From the NCBI GenBank assembly GCA_012295275.1, contig CM022677.1:7006001-7070000 (forward strand): 64,000 bases of DNA, read 5' to 3'. Origin of the DNA: Chrysomallon squamiferum (taxonomy: Eukaryota; Animalia; Mollusca). The position numbers were made by a program, and so were the translations under genes. This document shows positions 25,438 to 41,300 of this stretch, piece after piece. Position 1 is the stretch's first letter. Each line of letters starts with the position of its first letter. The notes under the pieces were generated by a model. The model was not told where the DNA came from, made no database searches, and saw nothing but the letters and a program-made list of their open reading frames with translations.

Positions 25438-26270
25438 AGTAGTAAGTTGGGGTAAATCTGGCTTCAGGGCAATTCTGGCCTCCGAGGTGTATTATGACTT
25501 GCAGCCGCTATACTGCATTTTGAGGTTTCAAAAGTGAGTGTTATTTTTTAGTCCTATAGACATAAGGTTAGTGATAAATTATAACAGGTGAACATATGAT
25601 CGATTTTTAAGTTCAGCAGAAGAAACTTGATTAATATGTGATAATTAGGCAAGAAATATGCTTTTTATTTTACTCCACCACTTCGGGCAATAAAATCAAA
25701 AGGATGAGATATACTGAGGCATTGACAGAAGAAGAAAGTGTCAAGAGGTATGAAGAAGAGTTGGCAGAGAAAAAGAAGAAAGAGGAAGAAAAGGCAAAGA
25801 AAGCAAATGTTTTAGAGGCAAAATTACAACAACAAAAAATAGAAGATACCAAAGTCAAAACGGCAGTTCAATTTGAATGCTACAGCAGAACCGGTGGATG
25901 CAGCCAAAGAAAACGTTGATGGTGATGAGCCTGAACTAGAAGACAGAGATGTAGTACATACACAAGAAAAATGTGAACTCTGTGGCAGAATTGATGATGG
26001 AATGAATTCTGACGAGTTCATAGGATGTGACGGGTGCCCAAATTGGTATTGTCTTGATTCTTACTCAATTCTTGAAATCCCAACTGGTGCCGACTTTAAA
26101 GATAGTATTGTGTGATATTTGTCAAAGAGTTCAGTTTACTGAAGTTTTGAATTTGACTTGTATTACGATTAGGACTAATTATTATTAGTAGTAAACAATG
26201 ATTATATAGCAATAATCAGTAAAATAAATTTGAGGACCAAACTACTCATGAATGTGGGGGCCAGAATGAC
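25438..26270 (+). mobile_element. pogo/Fot1-like DNA transposon deletion derivative retaining a charged helix and a PHD finger
   Basis: EALTEEESVKRYEEELAEKKKKEEEK, then CELCG...EFIGCDGCPNWY; GGGGTAAATCTGGC/GGGCAATTCTGGCC at the left end and GGGGCCAGAATGAC at the right; no DDE domain. Confidence 0.6.
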
Positions 26271-27189
26271 TATTTTATTTATTATTTTAAGTAGTATTAT
26301 TGGAATTAGTGTTGTTGTTTTTATCGTTAATGTCATTATGTCAGTATTACAGTCGTCATTATAAAGAAAGAAACAATTATCAACAAATAAACAGATAGAG
26401 AGATAGACACACACATACACAGACATACACACATAGGAAAGAACTAGTTTGGTATACATGTTTGCATTAGAGGATAGTTATATACGTAAGTTGATATCAG
26501 TGAGATGGTGTTTATGTATATAGTTAAATAATAGACAGATAGATACATTAATGGACATAGAGATAGACAGACATTTTACATTTTATAGGCAAATGAACTT
26601 GTAAGAAAATGTTTGTACATGCATTATTATGTAATATCACATTGACCTCGCTTTTCACAACTTTTCTTTTATTGGACATTTTAATTATTCAGTTCAGTTT
26701 TGGGCTTTTCTATCTGTCTGTGTGTCTGTAAGTCTGTCTATGGATTTATCTCTATATATGTCTGTCTGTCTCACTTTCCATCTATCTGTCTGTCTGTAAG
26801 TCTGTCTATGGATTTATCTCTATATATGTCTGTCTGTCTCACTCTCCATCTATCTGTCTGTCTGTCTGTCTATACACCTACCTATCTACCTCTCAGATTA
26901 CAGTGATAAGTGCAGGTGTCGCTGTAATTAAAACTTCAGTAAAAGAAATGATAAACACTGCAGAAAACATTGATAAGAAAGCAGCGATGATATTTTATCT
27001 CACTGGGAGGATTCTGTGTATGCCTAAAATACTGAAGGATCTTAGATATTAATATTAATATTAATAAATTTACTTATTTATTTATTTGTCCCTGTAAACG
27101 GCAAATGAAATGTCCTTTGTATTGCAGTAATGAAAAAAATAATGTTCTTGTTATTATGATGAACGCTGTTTACCACATATAATAGACTG

Positions 27190-28270
27190 TGTTTTCAATA
27201 CATATTACCGCTATGCCTCTGTTTACAACATAAAACATGTAACATAAATAGCGATGGCGGTACTGAAGTTGCATGTTATTTTCATAACGCCGTGTAAAAT
27301 TACTCCTACTTAGCTGTTCTGTCAAACACGTTCTGTTAATAAAATATCACATTAATATGGAAGAGTTCTCGACATTTTGGATTTCACATATAATTCTACT
27401 GTTGTTTATAAAAACACACTAACCCGAAACCCCAATCTATATTTCTGAATGTACACAGTTTTCACAGTAAAATCAAGCAGTAAAAAAAGATCGAATATTG
27501 TTTTTTCGTGGGGTTTTTCTCTCTTCCGGACAGTACCATTTTTATAATTCCATACAAAGCGTTGGAGAAAGATGAAGGTGGTTTTCATTAATTACCCCAC
27601 AGCTTGCATTTTTTATGTTTTCTGGTAGTTAATATTTAACAAGTATATTTTAATAAATTTTAATAAAACATCGTTTGTTTTGTGAAGAAACGTTTGGGTG
27701 AAACTTGTGAAGACAAGTCTGGCTGTGCAGACGTGTAGCTGACTGTCTGGATAACACGTGTTTCATAAAAAAAAAAATCTTTTGGCCAGTTTTGTTCTTT
27801 CAAAATCAGTGTCGAGCCATGATACAATTCGTATTTTGAGTGTTTACTAAAACACGAAACTTTGACGTACAGTGCAGTTTTCTAGACGTAATTTGTGACG
27901 CTGGACAGAGTTTACTTTTTTTTTTAAAACAAATAAGATTTCACTTTTATATGAATAAACTGAGGTTCAACCAAAAATAGAATGTTATAGTATAAATAAT
28001 CTATGCCTGAAATAATCATTAAGAAAGAGTAAGATTTACTTCACAGTAAAGACAATGTTTTAATAGGATGAATCAATTTCGTCTAGCTGACTAAAAACAT
28101 CCTCGTATCTCATAAAACACTAGGCCAGGAGGCCAGGCATGTATTCTATGATGTAACTTAAAAATTATAATATTAACTATCACGTTATTTTCACTCAGTA
28201 TCAATTTATAATATAAACGTCGCTGGTTTTATGATTGCTCAATGCCGTTATAAAATGAAAAGGTCAGATC
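27190..28270 (+). repeat. Copy 1 of a ~1.1-1.5 kb direct duplication
   Basis: Colinear similarity with 29930-31510 (e.g. GAAACGTTTGGGTGAAACTTGTGAAGACAAGTC in both). Confidence 0.9.
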
Positions 28271-28859
28271 CAGATTAATGTGATGTTTGATTAATAGCAG
28301 AAAAGATTTCACTAAAAAGCTCTGTGTGGTGCTGAAAACTGAGTTTTTACTTTATAAGAATCAATTCATTTTTGTTTATAAGTTGATAATAAATGATGTT
28401 CAGGTAGATTTATGATGAGCGATATTTTCACAGTTAATTTGAAATTTAACGAATATATTTACTGTTATTAAAAGTATCAAAACTATTCTGTAAAAACCGA
28501 TAAAATTCCTCTAACTGTATCCAAGATTATACTGACAATTTATATATATATATATATTATCAGTATTTGTTATGATGCAAAACAGAGGTGAACTTAATAA
28601 AATATCAATGTTAACAGTGGTGCTGTTACTAAGATAGAACCTAATTTTCACTCAATTTATTCGTTTAAGCTCCACAGCTGCACTAAATAAAAACGTAAAT
28701 TCTGTCAAGCAGTCTTAAATATTTAAAAAAAAAAAAAAACTGCACTCATCCAAACTAAATATGGCATTATACATATAAGTTAAATTATTAACCGATAAAA
28801 TATTGGTTACTGTATTTAAAAACCTTTTTTTGAAAACCTCTGTATATCTCAAAAAAGAA

Positions 28860-29085
<226 letters not shown>

Positions 29086-29929
29086 GTATAGAACTAGAGA
29101 TGCTATGAGATCAATATTCTCTTATTTAGAGATTTTAAAAGAAAAGGTGTTTTTACAGGAAATGTTGAGGTTAATACGTTATGTCTCTCACAGGTCTACT
29201 TATACAGATAATTAATCTATATAAAATATAAATTTTCAATATCTCAGTGATTAAAATTGCGTAACGCCGAACAGATAAAGAAAATAACACGTTAGTTTTT
29301 AATCAGTCATATTTTTATTTGTATAAACTTTGCCACGTATTAGAAAGAAAAAACAAGCAAACACATATATATGTATATAATAATAATAATAATAATAAAC
29401 ATCAAAAAAAAAAAGGGGGAAAAGAAACATTAAGCGCAGTTTATACGGCAAAATATATTCATTTCAAAATCGTCCCCTTTTCCTGTATTTTTTTTTTTAA
29501 TTTGTTTTCATTTATTCAAGGTATATTAGGTAGACTGTGCCGTAAGCAGAAATTCATTAAAGAAATGTTTCTCATTTTTGTTTACATAAAATTATAAAGG
29601 TGAAAATGAGCCAGACATTTATTTGAGAAGCTCAATGAATAATAATAATAATAAATAAATAAATAAATAAGCAATTATGGCTTACATTTATTATGTTATA
29701 ATGTAGGTCAGAGGTGTATATTGAAAATATAAAATGTCACATTTTTCTACAGTTAAAACTAAATCTCTGAAACTGTTAATTAAAACAAAAATAACATAAA
29801 ATGCTGCAGGGAAATAGAGAGTTGTGTACCCTTTTTTGAACAGTAGCTGACGAGTTGATACTTGGCTTATATTCTACTGGAATAATTTAGAAACTGAGAA
29901 ATAGAGCGAGTTAGATTTCCAGATTCATG

Positions 29930-31510
29930 TTTTTAATACATACTATTACCACTATGCCTCTGTTAACAAACATAAAACATGTAACATAAATAGTGATGGC
30001 GGTTCTTATTTTCATAACGTCGTGTAAAACTACACCTACTTAGCTTTTCAGTGAAACATGTTAATAAAATGTCACATTAGTATGGAAGCGTTCTCGACAT
30101 TTTGGATTTCACATATAATTCTACTGTTTTTATAAAAACACGCTAACCCGAAACCCCAATCTACATTTCTGAATGTACACAGAGTTTTCACAGTAAAATC
30201 ACACCTGTAATGTTTAGAATCGAATACTGTTTTTTGGTGGGGTGTTTTTGTGTTTTGTTTTTCTCTTCCTGACAGAAGTAGTAAAATTCCTGACAAAGCG
30301 TTGGGTATATTTTAGAAATATACTTTTTCTAAGCTGGAGTCAGTGAGGTGGAGAAAGATTAAAGTGATTTTCATTAATTACAAACAGATTGTGCTTTTAA
30401 TTAGTGTTCTGGTAATTAATATTTATTAAGTATACTTTATGAATTCTGGTAGTTGTTCGTCCTGTACAACGGCGAGTGTTTTGTGAAGAAACGTTTGGGT
30501 GAAACTTGTGAAGACAAGTCGGGCTGTGCAGACGTGTAGCTGAATGTCTGGATAACACGTGTTTCATAAAAAAATAAAAATAAAAATCTTTTTGCCAGTT
30601 TTGTTCTTCCAAAATCAGTGTCGAGTCATGATAAAATTCGTATTGCAGTAATTACTGAAACACGAAACTTTGACGTACAGTGTAGTTTTCTAGATATAAT
30701 TTGTGACGCTGGACAGAGTTTATGTTCTATAAACAAATAAGATTTCAGTTTTATAAGAATAAACTGAGGTTCAATCAAAAATAGCATGAAAGGTATGATA
30801 TAGTATAAAAAATATGTGCCTGAAATAATCATTTTATTTACTTTTTTCTTTTTCCCTTGTTTCAGTAGTCTTTGTTAATTATTATTTTATTTATCATTTA
30901 GTTAGTATTATTGTAGTTTTTGTTGTGTTTAGAAAAATAAATAAGTAAATTAGTTCAGACTGATATTTTAAAAGTTTCTGGAGAGATTTTATTGATAACC
31001 GTAGAAGTAACATTAACATGTACTTGATAGTAAAGATGTTATTGTTATATTTTAATCGGATGAAACAAACGATATATTTCTTCTAGCTAACTAAAAATAT
31101 CCTCGTATCTCATAAAACACTAGTTCAGGAGGACAAGCATGTTTTCTATGATGTAACTTACAAAGTATGACATTAACTATATAAGATTTCTCCTAGTAGA
31201 ATAACATGTAACTAAGTGAAATTATCAGTATTTTTATGATGCAAAATAGAGGCAAGCATAATAGAATATCACGTTATTTTCACTCAGTAACAATTTATGA
31301 TATAAACGTCGCTGATTTTATATATAAAACGTGAATTACGTAGCGTTTTACAAAACAGAATTTTTTTAATTTTACCGTCGTTTGCTTTGCACAATTAAAT
31401 TCTTAGATTCAAATAAAGTATAACTTCTCACGTGTTCAGTATTAACAGTTATTTATTTCTGAATTTACAAGTCGAGCGCTGTAAAATGCCACGATAAAAT
31501 AAAAGGTCAC
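29930..31510 (+). repeat. Copy 2 of the direct duplication
   Basis: Colinear with 27190-28270, with extra insertions. Confidence 0.9.
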
Positions 31511-32583
31511 ATCTATATTTATTTTTTTTATTTAATTATTTATCTTTGTGAAATTTTCTAAAACAAAAACAATTTTACAATCAACACTGCAAAAATAATT
31601 TGAAATAATTAATTTTAAAATGAACATTTTTAAATGACATTGAAACAATAAGTTTTATAGGAGATACACACAAAGTATATAAACTGTTAGGGAGATGTAC
31701 ATAAAGAAACTGTTAAAGATGTGTGCGTGTGCGTGTGTGTGCGTGTGTGTGCAGAAGGAAATTTGTGTTTTGTATGTTTCCAGAGGGCAGTGTAGGAGAA
31801 ATAGATGCAGACAGAGAGATAGACAGACTGAATATGAAAGGATGAGTTGGTACGTACATGTTATCTGTGAGAAAGAGTTAATGTGTTTGGTGTCAAATAA
31901 CTGCTGCATATGAAAGACAGTGTCCTTGTTTATGTATGAATAAATACAAGTTCTAAGAGTTTTTATTGTTCTGTCTTTTCAAAAAATGAAAAGAAAAATG
32001 ATATAAAGATAGAGATAAAAAATAGAATTATTAACTGGATTATTTTAATGATTTATTCTTATATTATTGTCTTGATTTTGAATTGTTGTCATTAACATTA
32101 AAATATATTTGTAGATAGCTGAATTACTTGATTATGGCGTCATTATGACATTATCAAATAAAAGTAAAATGGGTTCATTATTAGAATTCATTGTTAAAAA
32201 AGTGGTGTTTAGTTTTGTCTTAAAATGTTATTTTAAATATATTTCCTATTTAACAAACTCAGTTTAATTAGTAACATCATGCAGAGTGATCTTGACAGCT
32301 CAAGTTTTATAGTGTACATGTATGAAACATTCATTGTTTTTATTCAAGGGACAAATAAAAAAACCCCAGTTTTTAGCAAAACAGGAATTTTACAATAATT
32401 AATTAAGTAATAATAATAACTCAAATAAACAAACAAATAATGGAAATTGGCTCTTTATGCACTGTTTGAGTTAATATATGGTACTATTGAAATATTTTGC
32501 TCTAAATCATTTTAAAGAATTTAGCTTGACACTGCTAAGGGAAATAACTTTAACGTGTTTGTAAATATACAAAAAAGACTGAG

Positions 32584-32672
<89 letters not shown>

Positions 32673-33674
32673 AAATGTTTGTTTTCATAAATTCAAACAA
32701 GACATTTATATATAAATAATGATTATGTCAGATTATCTTTTGCTAGTTGACAACAAATACACAAGATGTTGATCAATGTATACATAATAAAAATTAAAAA
32801 CATGCAAAGACTATTCTTTATTTATTTATGTTTTAAATTATTTGAATGTGCCGTAACATTTTTAATGTCAAGAAATTGAAACAATTTCAGAAATATTTTC
32901 CATTTTCATTATTGTTTTTAGATAAGATGCAATGAGTTTGAATTTGCAAATGTCAGGATTTAAAACAGTTATGTAACATAACCTGGCTATATTTTATTGT
33001 TATCCAAAAACTCCAAACGTTACTAAAAAAAATTGCATAATCTTACAATATCTCTTAGAATAAAAAATGAAAATTTGAATCTGAAAGCTGGAGAAATATT
33101 TATTATGATTCTTAAAAGCGAAGACTGTAAGGGACTATTTGAATTACTTTGTTTGTTGTCATATGCATTTCTGAACTGTTTTACCAGATTTCCTTGTGTC
33201 TGTATTAGGACCCCTGCTACTTACTTACTTAAGTAAACAAGTTTCTTTCTCCAGATGATAACTTGTGCAGGGCAACTGCTAGTGATGTCTACCAATTACA
33301 CTATAACAAAACATGAGGTGCTAGATTTTTGTACAAACAAACCAGCTTTAATTTCCATGCAGCTTGGAAATATATTAAATACCAAATTGTACTTTATTTT
33401 TTAAAGAGATTAATATTATTTTCTTTTATTTATTTATTTATTTATTTATATTTTTTTTCCTAGTTTCTTAATTGAATTAAAGAGAAAATACAGATTGGAA
33501 TAATTGGAAGACATTTCCATTTGCACATTTTTTAACTAATTTTTTGAATGTTTCCAAAATGTAAATGGCAAATTATAAAATACTCGGAAAAATTTCATTT
33601 ATGTACAATTTTTCTCTTTTTTATTGTTTTTAAATTATTATTTCCTATTGTTAAAGGTTCCTCACTGAAAAAAT

Positions 33675-33990
33675 GTAATTACTCCTAATTGCATAATTTT
33701 TCCCCTGATTTAAATATATAAAAAAAAGATATTTTCTTTTTTGTTTTTTATTAAAAAAATACTAATTACCCCTAATGACATAATCTTCAGTTATATTTAC
33801 ATTGATTACCCAGCCAAGCCCTTGATTTCCCCTGATTAAATAATAATAATAAAGAAAAAGATAGAAGAAATGTTTTTTGTGTATTTTTATTTTATAAAAA
33901 AAATTCTAATTACTTCTAATTACAAAATTTTAAATATATTTAAAAACTGATTACCCCCTGCAAAACCCTGATTTTCCCCTGTTTTAAATA
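33675..33990. repeat. Three degenerate ~100-140 bp tandem units
   Basis: aattac(t/c)cctaat...ttcccctg(a/t)tt motif occurs three times. Confidence 0.6.
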
Positions 33991-34232
33991 ATATAAAAAT
34001 TAATACTCAAAAACTATCACATTAATTTGAACTTATTTACAAAGATGGCATTCCATAGCAATGATGAATCTCCATTCATCTTTCAGCAAAAAAAGTTAAA
34101 ATAACCAAGCACAGATCAATGATAAAAACAGTGCAAGCTGCTATGAAGTACAATGTGTACACTGGATGTTCTAATCACATTGACAATGCAGTCTCTTGGA
34201 GATCACTGAGTGTTAGAAATTCAAATTACATT

Positions 34233-34855
34233 TGTGTAGCTGGATGAGAAATTTATAAAATGTTTCATTTGCATCTGCTTTTTCATAGAGAAATTCTTTA
34301 AATTCATTTGGAACATTTTCTCCAGATGTCCTGGAAAACATCCCAAATAAACAAATATTAGTAATAATAAGATAAAAAATAATTGTATTAATATTGTACA
34401 GTGTCTACATATGAAATAACCTGGTCATATTTTTCTTAAATTTGTATTTATCTTTATTTGTTTTTATTGTTAACAGAGCTATACAGTTATTTAGCTTAAA
34501 TAATGAAAGCATTTATGGCCCCACCCATTATAACCTTTAATATGTTTAAAAAATCTATTAAATATGCTGAATAATGTATAGAGCATGAATTTAACATGAA
34601 TATAAAAAAAAATCAGAAAAAAAATGAGATAACAACATGTGAAACAAAATTAGCATATTTTTTAAAAATATTTTTATTAGTTTTTTTTCAAAAAACAACA
34701 ACAACAACAACAATCATAATAATAATAATAAATAAATAAATAAATAAATAAATCCTTTGACAGTTGACACTTATTTTAAAACAAATTTAATTTCTGGTCA
34801 CACAAAATTTGTCCCCGATAGAGTGATTGGTAAAACAAAATTAAAGACTAAACAT
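34233..34855 (-). pseudogene. CAMSAP: Second, further-deleted copy of the CAMSAP exon and flanking intron (duplicate of 44615-45611)
   Basis: GENVPNEFKEFLYEKAD at about 34323-34273; colinear intronic similarity to 45130-45611. Confidence 0.7.
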
Positions 34856-36643
34856 GATTTCTTATTTATATGACGTTGTTTATGCTGTTCACATTAGTAC
34901 AACCACTGGTGAATTTTATTATTAATCGAGTGTCATTATTTTCAACAACAACAAAAATGGAAATAAATAGAATTTAACCTGTTTTCACTAAAACAGTAAT
35001 ATCCATTTCAAGATGTTGCATTTTGATTTTGAAGAAATGTAAAAATGACATGTCTGACCAAAGGATATTGCTACTTTCATACAAAATTTATTTGCATACT
35101 GAAATAAGTCATATGAAATCAAACAAAATTTTTAAGAAAGTTAATTTATTTCTGTACAGCTACTATTTTGTTAACTGTTTATATATTTTAATACAAATAT
35201 GAGATTCAATACATTACAAATAAACTCATTCTTAATCAAGCCCTGGCTGTAAATCAAATAATACAAATCTTTATAATACATATTGTTTTTAGTCACCATG
35301 GCAATATATATATTTCATTTACAGGTTGCCATGGCTATTTTTTATGTATTTTAAATAAAACTCTGTTTTCATGGAATGTGGGTAGATTGGAGGTTGTACA
35401 ATGAAATGTGTCAGACTTACCCATTTTTATTTTACTTTTTATTTTATTTATTTTTTTAAAGATTTGAACTATGTATTTCCAAGTAAAAATATTCAATTAA
35501 TACATTTTTTAAAATATGACATAATACCTGTACATTCTTTATATTAAGATTTTTTTTTTTCTTGCTTTTATTAAAAAGAAATATCTCAACATTGTATTAA
35601 ATATTATAAAAATAAAATAAAAATGTATTTCCCTTTTTATTGTTGTTGTTATTTTATATATTTTTAGAATTATATCAAATATTATTTATACTTTTTATTG
35701 TTGTTTTTTTATTAGAAAGAAATGTACCAATATTGAAATATTAATTTATTATTATTACATTAAGAGAGTTTTATTTCTCCTTTCATCATTGTTGTTATCA
35801 CATGATGATTTGAGGATCGCATTACACAGTAATTAGAATAGCTTTATTTATCTTTTTATTGTTGTTGAGTATATTTTTAGAATTATCTTAAATAGTATTA
35901 AAATATTTTAATTTTTTATTGTTGCTGTTTTTGTAGTTATTACTGTATCAGATTTTAGAATTATAATAGGGATTAGAGGTACTGTTATTATTACATCAAA
36001 GACCACAAGGAACTGGGTGTAGGCATCAAGTTTTTTTCAATTCAGGAACAACTCGAGCTACACCAAGCAACCATCCACTTTAGCAGCTGCCTTGACTGAC
36101 CAGCTGCCATGAACTCCAAGCTTGACCAGCTGCCACCCAAAAAATTGCCAACGTAAAAATTGTTCTATTTTAATTTTATCTATCTGCTCACATTCTGATC
36201 CATAAAAATAACCTGGCTACCTCCATCTCCCTGACTACCTGACTATCTTACAGCGTCTGTCTTTCTGTATGTCTGTCCATTTATAACACAAGCACACTCT
36301 CATTCATACACATTCTAGCACATTAAACACATGAACCTGCTCTTCCATATAAATGTGGTTACCACTTATCTACCTATCCACCACTCTGCATCTCTCTTTG
36401 TATCTATATATCAACCTCTTGAGTAACTATCTACTCACATACCTACCTGTCTATCAATCTACCTTTCTATAGATCTGTGCATCTGTTACTGGATATTTTT
36501 AAATTTATTATTAAAGTTAAAAACATATTTATCACTTACATTTTCAGTATACAATGAGCTTCTTTTTAAAGTACCTCTCACATTTAATTATCTGATATTC
36601 ATTTACCTTCACCCTGATACATTTATTTAAAAAGGGCACTTAC

Positions 36644-36790
36644 CTGGAAAACATTCCATATTTCCTCATGTCTACTGGGCTTCTTGTTTACAATAAAAGT
36701 TGGTATAACCTTTACACCTCTTCTTTTCAATATCAGTCTGTGATGTAGATAATAATACACCTCCTTAATTCCTGGTCTTCTCACTTCTTC
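36644..36790 (-). pseudogene. Exon-like 147-nt segment, identity unknown
   Basis: ttaaaaag|...TTCCAG|gtaagt; one frame open (EEVRRPGIKEVYYY...WNVFQ). Confidence 0.4.
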
Positions 36791-38175
36791 CTTTTTAATA
36801 GAAAAATAAAAAAAAAGATATTAATGTTCATGTATCATTATGCACTGAGCTCATTATGCAGTAGTAAAAACTGAAATTTAATATGCTGCTTCCAAAAACT
36901 TTGAAAAAGAAGCAAGAAAAATTTATAAAAACAAATAATAATAAGAATAAGAAATAAAAAATTCATTATACGTCACTGTGAAAAATGAATATTTTACTTA
37001 ATTTACTGTTTCACTGTTGATTATAAAATATGGATTTATTTTATATTTTTCATGTGTTTCTGTGGAAAATATATCTTCTTCATGCTTCTTATAGCACCAT
37101 ACATTTAAAAAAAGAGAAGTTTTCGTTGTCTTTTTGAAACAAAACCAATATTTATATATTTTCTATTACTGATAATGAAAAAATGCATAGTTCAGTGTTA
37201 ATAAATAAATAAATAAATAACAAATAAATATATATTTTTTAAAATTCTTATTTAGTATAATTTCTATTGTTTAAGAAAATGAAAACTGATATAAACATTA
37301 CAATCTAAGACTTGCCTAGTTTCATACCAGAGAGTTCCATATCGTTATTTTGTCTGATGTCTGACTTGATGTCATAAACATATTAATAAGTGAATATTTC
37401 TTATCAGTGAATTCAAAATTATCTGTTCTTGTTCAATAGATTAAAATGTTGTTTTGTTTTGGGTTTTTAGCAGACGCAAAGCCATGTGCGAGTTGGAAAC
37501 GAGTCTCAATTACTACATTAGTTTCACATCATCCAAAAGAAAAAAGACTACTGTGAATAAAAAAACACCCAAAACAAACAAAGAAAAACATATCTACTGA
37601 GATGTAATGAGGAAGGGATCACAGCTACCTATACTGCAGACTTAGAAACACCAAGACAACATTTTTCTAAACCACTCACATTTCCATTTTTAATGACCTC
37701 TTTGAGAAAATCACATTTGGACAAATGTCTGCCCTCACTTTTATGTGTGAAAAACAGAATTAAATATTGAGAATAATAAAAAAAAATTCAGTAATAAAGA
37801 TTTTTGAAACAGTGTTTTTCAAAGTCCAGATTCCACTGGGAAAATGGATTCTCAAATGTGAAATTAACAAAGATTAAAAAACAATATTTGCATTGTTGTG
37901 TTTTGTGTGTGTGAAAATTTGACACATTGGACAAATGTGTGAAGATTTGTTGTCAATGTGAGATGCAGCAAAGATGAGTGTTTCAAAGTCCACACTGCAA
38001 CACTTGATCAAAAAAAATATTGTTCTGTGTGTGTGTGTGTGTGTGTGTTTTGTTTGTAGATGTGTTTCATGTTTGTTATTATTACTTTTCATTTTTATTT
38101 CTTCATATTATTATTATTTTCATTTTCATCATCATCATCATCATCATCATCTTTTATTATTTATTATTATTATTA

Positions 38176-38214
<39 letters not shown>

Positions 38215-38399
38215 TCACGTTACAGGTGAAATTTTGTTTCTTTCTTTATGTGATAAACGACACTCCAGAACAAAACTAAATTAAGCAGAAAATATGTGAA
38301 ATTACAGATATGTGTGTGTTGTTGTTGTTTTAACTATACTAACAGTAGAATCAGGTTAGAAAATTCAGCAGCTATTGAAGAGCCAACAGAAATGTAGAG

Positions 38400-41300
38400 A
38401 CATTTAGGTAGACTGTTTTATATATATATATATTTGAAACTGTGGGAATATGTGTTTATGAGTTAGATAGAAAGAATGGCTATATCATGTGTGGTTTTGT
38501 GTGTGTTTTCTCTGTGTTTTTGAGAGTGAATATGTATTGTAGATAGATACATAGGTAGACAGAGACAGAAAGATAGAAAGATATATGTCAATGTAAAAGA
38601 TGTAGTGTGTAAACGTGTATGGCTCTGTAATATTAGGTGTCTGTGTGTTAGAGAGAATGTGGATACATAGGGTACTGCTACTTTTTTCAATTTTGAATAC
38701 AGTGGCATTAATTTGAAAGCCCTTTCTATATATAGATAGAAAGACAGGAGATCAGATTATAGACAGAAGTGTATGTATTTAAGACCATTTTTGAAACATT
38801 GTATATTTTTAGAAAGAATGGGTGTATTATACAAAGAACACTCCTTTTTGAACATGCATGTATTCTCTATCTTGCTCACAAAGAGAAATACTCTTTCTTA
38901 CATATGCACTCCAGCTTTCACATTTGCAGACATAGCTTACCTAACAAATATAAACACATTCTCATTCACACATCACCTCTCTCTAACCCTCCCAAAAATA
39001 AATACTCAGTATAAACTCTATTCTGTATATTCTTACACCAGTACACATGCCTGTCTCTAACTAAATCCACCCACAAATCTAAATCTAATCTATCTAAAAT
39101 AAATAAACAGCACAAACACAATCTTGTTCACACTTATTTATTGACCATCCTTCCTCTGTTTAATAAATATATACATTATATATATATATATACACACACA
39201 CCTATCTCACATATCTGTCTCTCATCTTTCAAACTTATCTATCTATCTATCTCTATCTCTGTAACTATATATAGATACATAATTATCTCTATTAATCTAT
39301 CTCATTCACTGAAAAATCATACACACATGGCATGCTTCTGTTTCATAGTGAGGTCAATACCTGTTCTCTCTCTATAACACACAAACACATATAACAACAC
39401 CTACATATCAGTCTCTCTCTCAATAGATCTATCTATATCTAGCCTTTCTTTTTAACATACATACTCAAATATAAACATACTCTCATTTACACATAAATTT
39501 ATGCCAATCCTCTAAATACATAACAATATAATCATAGACATATACTCATTATTATGGACCTATATATGTATATATTTATGTAGTTTGTAAATATCCATCT
39601 ATTTATATCTATCCTCTCTAACACACATATAGATACATAAACCCAAATTCATTCACTCATCTCTCTGTCAATCATCTGATTCTCTCAAAAATCCACAAAA
39701 AGCACACTATCTTTCACACACATTTATATACCCATTCTTTTTAACACACAAACACATAATTATGTCTTATTTATAAAGACTCGTACACACATACACGTCA
39801 GTTTGTCTATCTAGCTATCGTCTATCTAATCTATCTATCTATATAATTATTGTCTACTTATCTCACAAGGCATCATCTAACAATCCATCTATCTAACTAT
39901 TTCTCTATCAATCTATCTTACTCTCAAAATTAGTCACACAAACACACACACGTACGTATATACTATCTTTATTTTCCCCTGTTTAAAACACATTATTTAA
40001 ATACACTTTTTCTTACACAAACCCACAATCCTCCTTTAACACTGCCATACAGCGATACTCTCTAGCAAACATACAAACACATCAAGACTCCACACTTACC
40101 TATCCACCTCTCTATCTGTCTTTGTATCTCTATTCAAATACGTCTGTCTACCTACCTACCTATCAATCTATCTATATATCAATCTGTCTATCTATCTATT
40201 TATCAATATATTTATTCATTTTTCTATTTATCCAATATACATAAGCAACACTCTCTCTAAGACACAAACAACAGACTCAGTCTTTCTTACATTTATGACT
40301 TCTTGCATCTATCTGTCTTTCTAGTAATCTATCTACATTTCTTCTGTCTAACAAGCTACCTTTCTTGTGCCCATTTTACATTTTACCATATATCCATGTT
40401 TTACACACCAAGTTACTCATCCTTTAATATAGACATACATACCCATCACTTCCTAAACACACAAATACATTATCACATGTGTCAGTGTTTGTAAATGCGT
40501 GTGTATAACCATATCCTCAAATCAGCTGCCATCCACTTTTACCATCATATATGGTTAACCTGTCTTTCTCTCTATCTTCCTGTCTATATATTTATCATTC
40601 TATAGCTGGATATGAACCTACTGACCTGCCTATCTGTTTAGCTGTCTGTATATCCATCCATCATGCCTCCCTATATATATATTTCTCTATTCATCAATAT
40701 TACAATCTATCAATAACCATCCATGAATCACCTATTCATCTTCCTGACTATCTCCCTAAATAATTATAACTACTTTTTATATCTATCTTTCTGTGTTACT
40801 GTCCATTTATAACTTTCATTCACAATTCCCATATTTTGTGATCCTTATCAATCACTGGCACACACACACATGCACTTTCTATGCATATGCATGCAGTTGT
40901 CACCTATCTATATATATCTCCATATGTATATCTATGTACACAATTTCACATTCTATCTACATAATCAACATACCTATCAATAACATCTATCAGTCATTTA
41001 AACATCTTCTTTTCTACATACCTACATATCCACCTACAAATTTCTCTATATTTCTATATGTTTGCACACATATATACTCAATCTATTCACTCTTCAAAAA
41101 AGAGAAGCAATTTTTCCTTCTATATACTATTCCCTGCTACAACTTATGCATACCTACACCTGTATATACATTCAGTCTTCCACATTATCATCCATGCTTC
41201 CCTACACCTATCTGTCCATCTGCTACATAACTATCTACATATATCTACATATCAACCTACTGAACTACTGACCTACATACCTATCAGTTTATCTATCCAC

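Noticed and set aside
33255-33317. Plus-strand exon-like segment after tttctttctccag
   Set aside because: Weak donor, no partner exon and no recognisable peptide
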